Virus record (IMG/VR): IMGVR_UViG_3300044728_000138
Location: 1 to 29,567 of that record
DNA from: a virus
Taxonomy: Duplodnaviria; Caudoviricetes
DNA: 29,567 nucleotides
Strand: one strand, 5' to 3'
Shown: one piece after another, positions 26,296-29,567 of the stretch
How positions within the stretch are numbered: position 1 is the stretch's first letter
Layout of the letters: the number at the start of each line of letters is the position of its first letter
Program-made: the position numbers and the translations under genes
The notes under the pieces: model-generated
Database searches by the model: none
What the model was told of the DNA's origin: nothing
The model's input: only the letters and a program-made list of their open reading frames with translations

Positions 26296-26844
26296 ATGTT
26301 CGACCCGACGGTCATCAGCGCAGTCGTCGTTGCCCTCATCGTCTCGGTCTTCGCCCCCTTCATCATGGGCTTGGTATCAGGCAAGAGGACGAAGGACGCC
26401 ATCGCTCAAGCGGCGGCGAAGCGCAAGGAGGAGCGAGATCAAGAGGCGGAAGATCGCCGGGCCGAGAAGCAGCAGGACTGGGATCGCCAAGACCTGGTCG
26501 CCGAGCGGGTGGCGCAGGCGGCCAAGGATCTGGCCGCCAACGATGCGGCCGTCAACGAGAAGCTTAAGGCGCTTGACGACGGCCAGAAGGTGAACCACAT
26601 CCTGCTGAACTCGAATATGACCAGAGCGATGCAGGCTGACCTCGATGGCAAACTCCTGCTGCTCTTGGCTCTGCGGCGCCTTACCGGACCGGGAGAGGAG
26701 GCATCACAGGAGGACGCCGATCTTATTCTCGTCACCGAGGCAAAGGTCATCGAGCTGGAGAAGGATCTCGCCGAGCGAGCCGCCCAGCAGAAGGCCGTTG
26801 ACGCCGAGTTGGAGAAGCAGGCGGTCGCCCGCTTGCATCCGTGA
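26296..26844 (+). CDS. Membrane-anchored coiled-coil protein
   Basis: 182 aa. N-terminal TM helix, charged coiled coil, DW.RQD.VA and H.L.NS.MT motifs. Confidence 0.75.
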   Translation: MFDPTVISAVVVALIVSVFAPFIMGLVSGKRTKDAIAQAAAKRKEERDQEAEDRRAEKQQDWDRQDLVAERVAQAAKDLAANDAAVNEKLKALDDGQKVNHILLNSNMTRAMQADLDGKLLLLLALRRLTGPGEEASQEDADLILVTEAKVIELEKDLAERAAQQKAVDAELEKQAVARLHP

Positions 26845-27326
26845 GTGATCTGCCGGTGAGGATCTACCGGATCGTGGCTCTCACGATCGTTGCTGTCCTC
26901 CTTGTCGTTCTGGCCTTCGTCTTGACCAGCGACAAGGGCCATCTGCCGCCGTCTTCCACCACGACGACCACCACCACCACCACCACCGCGGTCGACGGCA
27001 GCGATGACGGAGCAGTCTCGGAGGCTGAGCGCACGGCGAGCGGACTTGTCCTCAGCCTGAACACGCTCAACCGGGTTGCTCGTGCGGCGTGCGACGCCGC
27101 CGCTTCGTCCGCCACGAGGGAGGAGGTCAGGCAGAAGGTGCTTGTCCAGATCCTCAGCGTGCGCCCCGGCACGTCAGTCGGGATGGCCGCTGTGCTGACG
27201 GACGCGGCCGCCGGCATGGCCTGCGCCTCGGCCTACCGCCAGCTTCCTGATCGCCCATCGCCGGACAGTGCTCTCCCATGGGCGAGACTGACCAGCGTGG
27301 AACGTCCCCAGGTCGGCCGTGAGTGA
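26841..27326 (+). CDS. Membrane-anchored/secreted protein with Thr-rich linker and DUF732-like domain
   Basis: GTGA overlap, N-terminal TM, ten-Thr linker, then A..AC...A......AA...AC two-Cys helical pattern. Confidence 0.6.
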   Translation: MSDLPVRIYRIVALTIVAVLLVVLAFVLTSDKGHLPPSSTTTTTTTTTTAVDGSDDGAVSEAERTASGLVLSLNTLNRVARAACDAAASSATREEVRQKVLVQILSVRPGTSVGMAAVLTDAAAGMACASAYRQLPDRPSPDSALPWARLTSVERPQVGRE

Positions 27327-27532
27327 ACCGCAAGATCACCAGGGCCGGCGTGACGCTGACGATCGCGCTGGCGGGCTTCTCGTACGAGATAGTGCTTGGT
27401 GGTGGACGCCCGGCGGTTCTCTCGGCGTGCGTGACGTTGGCACTGGTGACTCCGGCGACCGCCCTGGACGCCTATCGTCGTGGGAAGGCGTTGACGACGC
27501 CACCGCCGCCGTCGCCCGGGGATACCGAGTGA
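27323..27532 (+). CDS. Small membrane protein (69 aa)
   Basis: GTGA overlaps at both ends, two hydrophobic segments. Confidence 0.65.
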   Translation: MNRKITRAGVTLTIALAGFSYEIVLGGGRPAVLSACVTLALVTPATALDAYRRGKALTTPPPPSPGDTE

Positions 27533-27624
27533 GGATGTTCTTGCATCACCACCTCGCCACTATCATCGTGGCGACCGCGGGCTCTGCCGTCACCGTGGTC
27601 CTGGCCATCATGAGGGGACTGTGA
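27529..27624 (+). CDS. Very small membrane peptide (31 aa)
   Basis: GTG 27529 overlaps the previous stop. Reads MRMFLHHHLATIIVATAGSAVTVVLAIMRGL; its stop overlaps the next start. Confidence 0.5.
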   Translation: MRMFLHHHLATIIVATAGSAVTVVLAIMRGL

Positions 27625-28016
27625 TGGAGACCCCGCGCTGGCGCCGCATCCTGGACTGGACGACGAGGAACACCTTGCTCTTGGCGATCCTGTTCGACTT
27701 CATCATCATCGTCTCGTTCACGCTGTTCTTGCAGCGCTACAACGACTCCAACATCGAGCGCGCCAAGGACCAGGCTGTCCAGGAGGCCAAGGAGCGAGCC
27801 GAGCAGATCGCTGCGTCGAACCTTGACGTGTGCAAGCGTGCGGTGGTCGCAGTAACCAGCCAGTCGAAGGCTGACGACCTCAAGCTGGTCGAGGCCATCA
27901 AGGATCGCTATGCCGAGACCGGCCGTCCAGTGCCGGCGCTCTACGTCGCCCTCGAAGCCATCATCACCAACCGGCAGCCGCCCACAGCGGCCTGCGAACC
28001 CAAGGAGAATCCATAG
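27621..28016 (+). CDS. Single-pass membrane protein (131 aa)
   Basis: TM helix followed by a helical domain with two Cys. Start is 27621 (GTG) or 27624 (ATG). Confidence 0.75.
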   Translation: MMETPRWRRILDWTTRNTLLLAILFDFIIIVSFTLFLQRYNDSNIERAKDQAVQEAKERAEQIAASNLDVCKRAVVAVTSQSKADDLKLVEAIKDRYAETGRPVPALYVALEAIITNRQPPTAACEPKENP

Positions 28017-28369
28017 TGCATCTGGTAGCCGCAGCAGAGGTCGTTCCGACCAACCTGCTCATCATTCCCAACGCGTGGGTGCCGGTGGTGATCGCCATCT
28101 TCATCCCGCTGCTGGTGGCCGCCGTCACGCACGCGACCGCATCGAACCGGGTCCGCACCGTGGCCGGCATGTTCTTCGCCGGGGTCACCACGATCCTGAC
28201 GCAGGCCATCGTCGGTGGCGGCGACGCGGTCATCACCTGGGAGACGCTGCGCCTCTTCCTGCTGACCACCGGCGTCGAGATCCTGTCGTACCTGGGCATC
28301 AAGGGCCTGAGCAACGACACGGTCAACCAGAAGGTGTTGCCGAACGTCGGAGTGGGTAAGGCGGCCTGA
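28016..28369 (+). CDS. Holin-like multi-pass membrane protein (117 aa)
   Basis: IPLLVA.VT...S..V pattern, about 3 TM helices and ..SY.G.K motif, reminiscent of actinophage holins. AAGGAG RBS. Confidence 0.65.
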   Translation: MHLVAAAEVVPTNLLIIPNAWVPVVIAIFIPLLVAAVTHATASNRVRTVAGMFFAGVTTILTQAIVGGGDAVITWETLRLFLLTTGVEILSYLGIKGLSNDTVNQKVLPNVGVGKAA

Positions 28370-28443
28370 TGGGTGTCTTCCTGACGATCCTCGTGATTCT
28401 GCTCGTGGTGCTCGTCTTCCTGAAGGTGCTGGACAAGATCTGA
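28369..28443 (+). CDS. 24-aa single-TM peptide, absent from ORF track
   Basis: TGATG coupling. Reads MGVFLTILVILLVVLVFLKVLDKI with typical GC3-rich codons. Confidence 0.6.
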   Translation: MGVFLTILVILLVVLVFLKVLDKI

Positions 28444-28670
28444 GCCGCTTCACCGAGTGGTGGGCGACGGCGCACTCGTCGCTCATCACTCACCGCCGTC
28501 TCAAGTGGCTGTGGATCTGCCTGATCCCCGTCGCCTTCCTCCTGCGCGACTCGGTGCCCTTCCTCGTCTTCATGTCGATCTACGCCATCATCGTGGGCCA
28601 CTGGTCGGCAGAGGAGGCTGCCAAGACTGAGGTGAAGGCCGAGGAGGCCGAGGAACCGCCCTCCGCGTAG
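28440..28670 (+). CDS. Two-TM membrane protein (76 aa), probable CTG start, absent from ORF track
   Basis: Reads (L/M)SRFTEWWATAHSSLITHRRLKWLWICLIPVAFLLRDSVPFLVFMSIYAIIVGHWSAEEAAKTE. The W...IP...SV.....S.YA...HWSA..AA pattern is common in actinophage membrane proteins. CTGA overlap with the upstream stop. Confidence 0.6.
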   Translation: MSRFTEWWATAHSSLITHRRLKWLWICLIPVAFLLRDSVPFLVFMSIYAIIVGHWSAEEAAKTEVKAEEAEEPPSA

Positions 28671-28685
28671 TCGCTGTGTCAAGAT
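28648..28685 (+). promoter_or_regulatory. Putative phage late promoter, copy 5
   Basis: CCGAGGAACCGCCCT (28648-28662), 17-nt spacer, CAAGAT (28680-28685). GTG start follows at 28693. Confidence 0.5.
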
Positions 28686-28692
28686 GGCGCCC

Positions 28693-29567
28693 GTGGGCTG
28701 CTGCAAGGGAACCGGTGCATGTGGGTGCGTGACCAACGGCGCCGAAGATGACGGCTGCGCCCTTGTAACGATCGCCGTCACCGGGGCTGGCACGACTGTC
28801 GCGCCGTTCGAGATCACTCCGACCGCCCACCTGTCTCGGGTCTTCCGCTCCGACGGCAACGAGCCCTGGGTCCTGACGACCGATGGCGGCGGCTGTGACA
28901 TCGTCGCTCCTCGCTGTCAGTACGAGGTGGCGCCCACCGTCCTGATGGTCAACTCGGGCGGAACACTCCAGGGCTACGCCTTCCAGGTCTTCGACTGCGA
29001 GCTCGGCTCAGCGGTCTGGAAGTACCAGGCGCTTGACACCGACACCGTCCAGACGTCGCTACCATCCGGCTGGCGGCCCTCCTGCGGCACGATGGTGGGG
29101 GCAGCGTGGCATCCGCTGTACACCGACGGCGACACTCTCACGACGCTGGCGGGCTATGCCTTCCTCCGCTACGACATCGAAGCGAACGTCTACTCACAGC
29201 GCTACGTCACCAACGCCGGGTCGACGACGCTGACCAAGCCTGGAGCGTGGGAGCAAGGCGCCTGCGCGACCAGTTCCGGCGGCGGGGGAGGGGGCGGCTC
29301 GGGTGCGTTCCCCGACCCGCTGCCGGGCTCCATCCACCTGTACCTCCAGTCCGGCAACCTTCTCGACGACAAGAAGTATCCCGACTGGGGTCTCCCCGGC
29401 CTCGACGTCTCGGAGCGCTGGGACGCGCTGCACCTGCCGCCCGGCTACACGGGCGCCGACTGGACCCGGCTCGTGATCTCTGTCGGCCACGTCACCGCTC
29501 CGCTCACCGAGGCGCTGACGATCACGCTGAAGGATCTGACAAACGCCGTCGACGTCGCTTCCTGGAC
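28693..29567 (+). CDS. Cys-rich putative virion protein (3' truncated), absent from ORF track
   Basis: Frame open to the window end: MGCCKGTGACGCVTNGAEDDGCALVTIAVTGAGTTVAPFEI... Has an internal ~50-aa duplication and a poly-Gly linker. Alternative start ATG 28684. Confidence 0.75.
   Translation, partial: MGCCKGTGACGCVTNGAEDDGCALVTIAVTGAGTTVAPFEITPTAHLSRVFRSDGNEPWVLTTDGGGCDIVAPRCQYEVAPTVLMVNSGGTLQGYAFQVFDCELGSAVWKYQALDTDTVQTSLPSGWRPSCGTMVGAAWHPLYTDGDTLTTLAGYAFLRYDIEANVYSQRYVTNAGSTTLTKPGAWEQGACATSSGGGGGGGSGAFPDPLPGSIHLYLQSGNLLDDKKYPDWGLPGLDVSERWDALHLPPGYTGADWTRLVISVGHVTAPLTEALTITLKDLTNAVDVASW

Noticed and set aside
27319-27624. 101-aa ORF 27319..27624 as a single gene
   Set aside because: Its first 70 codons overlap the better-coupled 27323..27532 gene. 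Only the 3' part from GTG 27529 looks real.

Overview
The window is a contiguous, single-stranded-oriented (+) late-gene region of a high-GC tailed dsDNA phage or prophage, most likely a siphovirus of an actinobacterial host. It runs from the 3' part of the portal gene through the prohead protease, a large major capsid protein and a second (probably pentamer) capsid protein. Head-tail and tail genes follow, including tail assembly chaperones with a probable -1 frameshift and a 1779-aa tape measure protein. Next come tail-tip and fibre genes, a two-lysin lysis cassette, a chain of small translationally coupled membrane proteins, and the start of another Cys-rich structural gene. The head module resembles, from recalled motifs and gene order, that of mycobacteriophage cluster B and related Streptomyces phages. 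Six observations stand out. (1) A double-motif LAGLIDADG-like domain is fused to the N-terminus of the tail hub protein. (2) An intact-looking GH16 domain sits inside a 20-copy beta-repeat fibre protein. (3) A bipartite promoter-like motif with fixed spacing (GCCCT-N17-YANNNT) recurs before late genes. (4) The tape measure protein has no Trp, no Cys and only 2 Tyr, while neighbouring virion proteins are Cys-rich. (5) One gene probably starts at CTG. (6) A structured non-coding segment lies before the capsid gene. No database searches were run; all functional calls come from motifs, synteny and recalled family features. No tRNA, rRNA, CRISPR array, integrase or transposase was seen.
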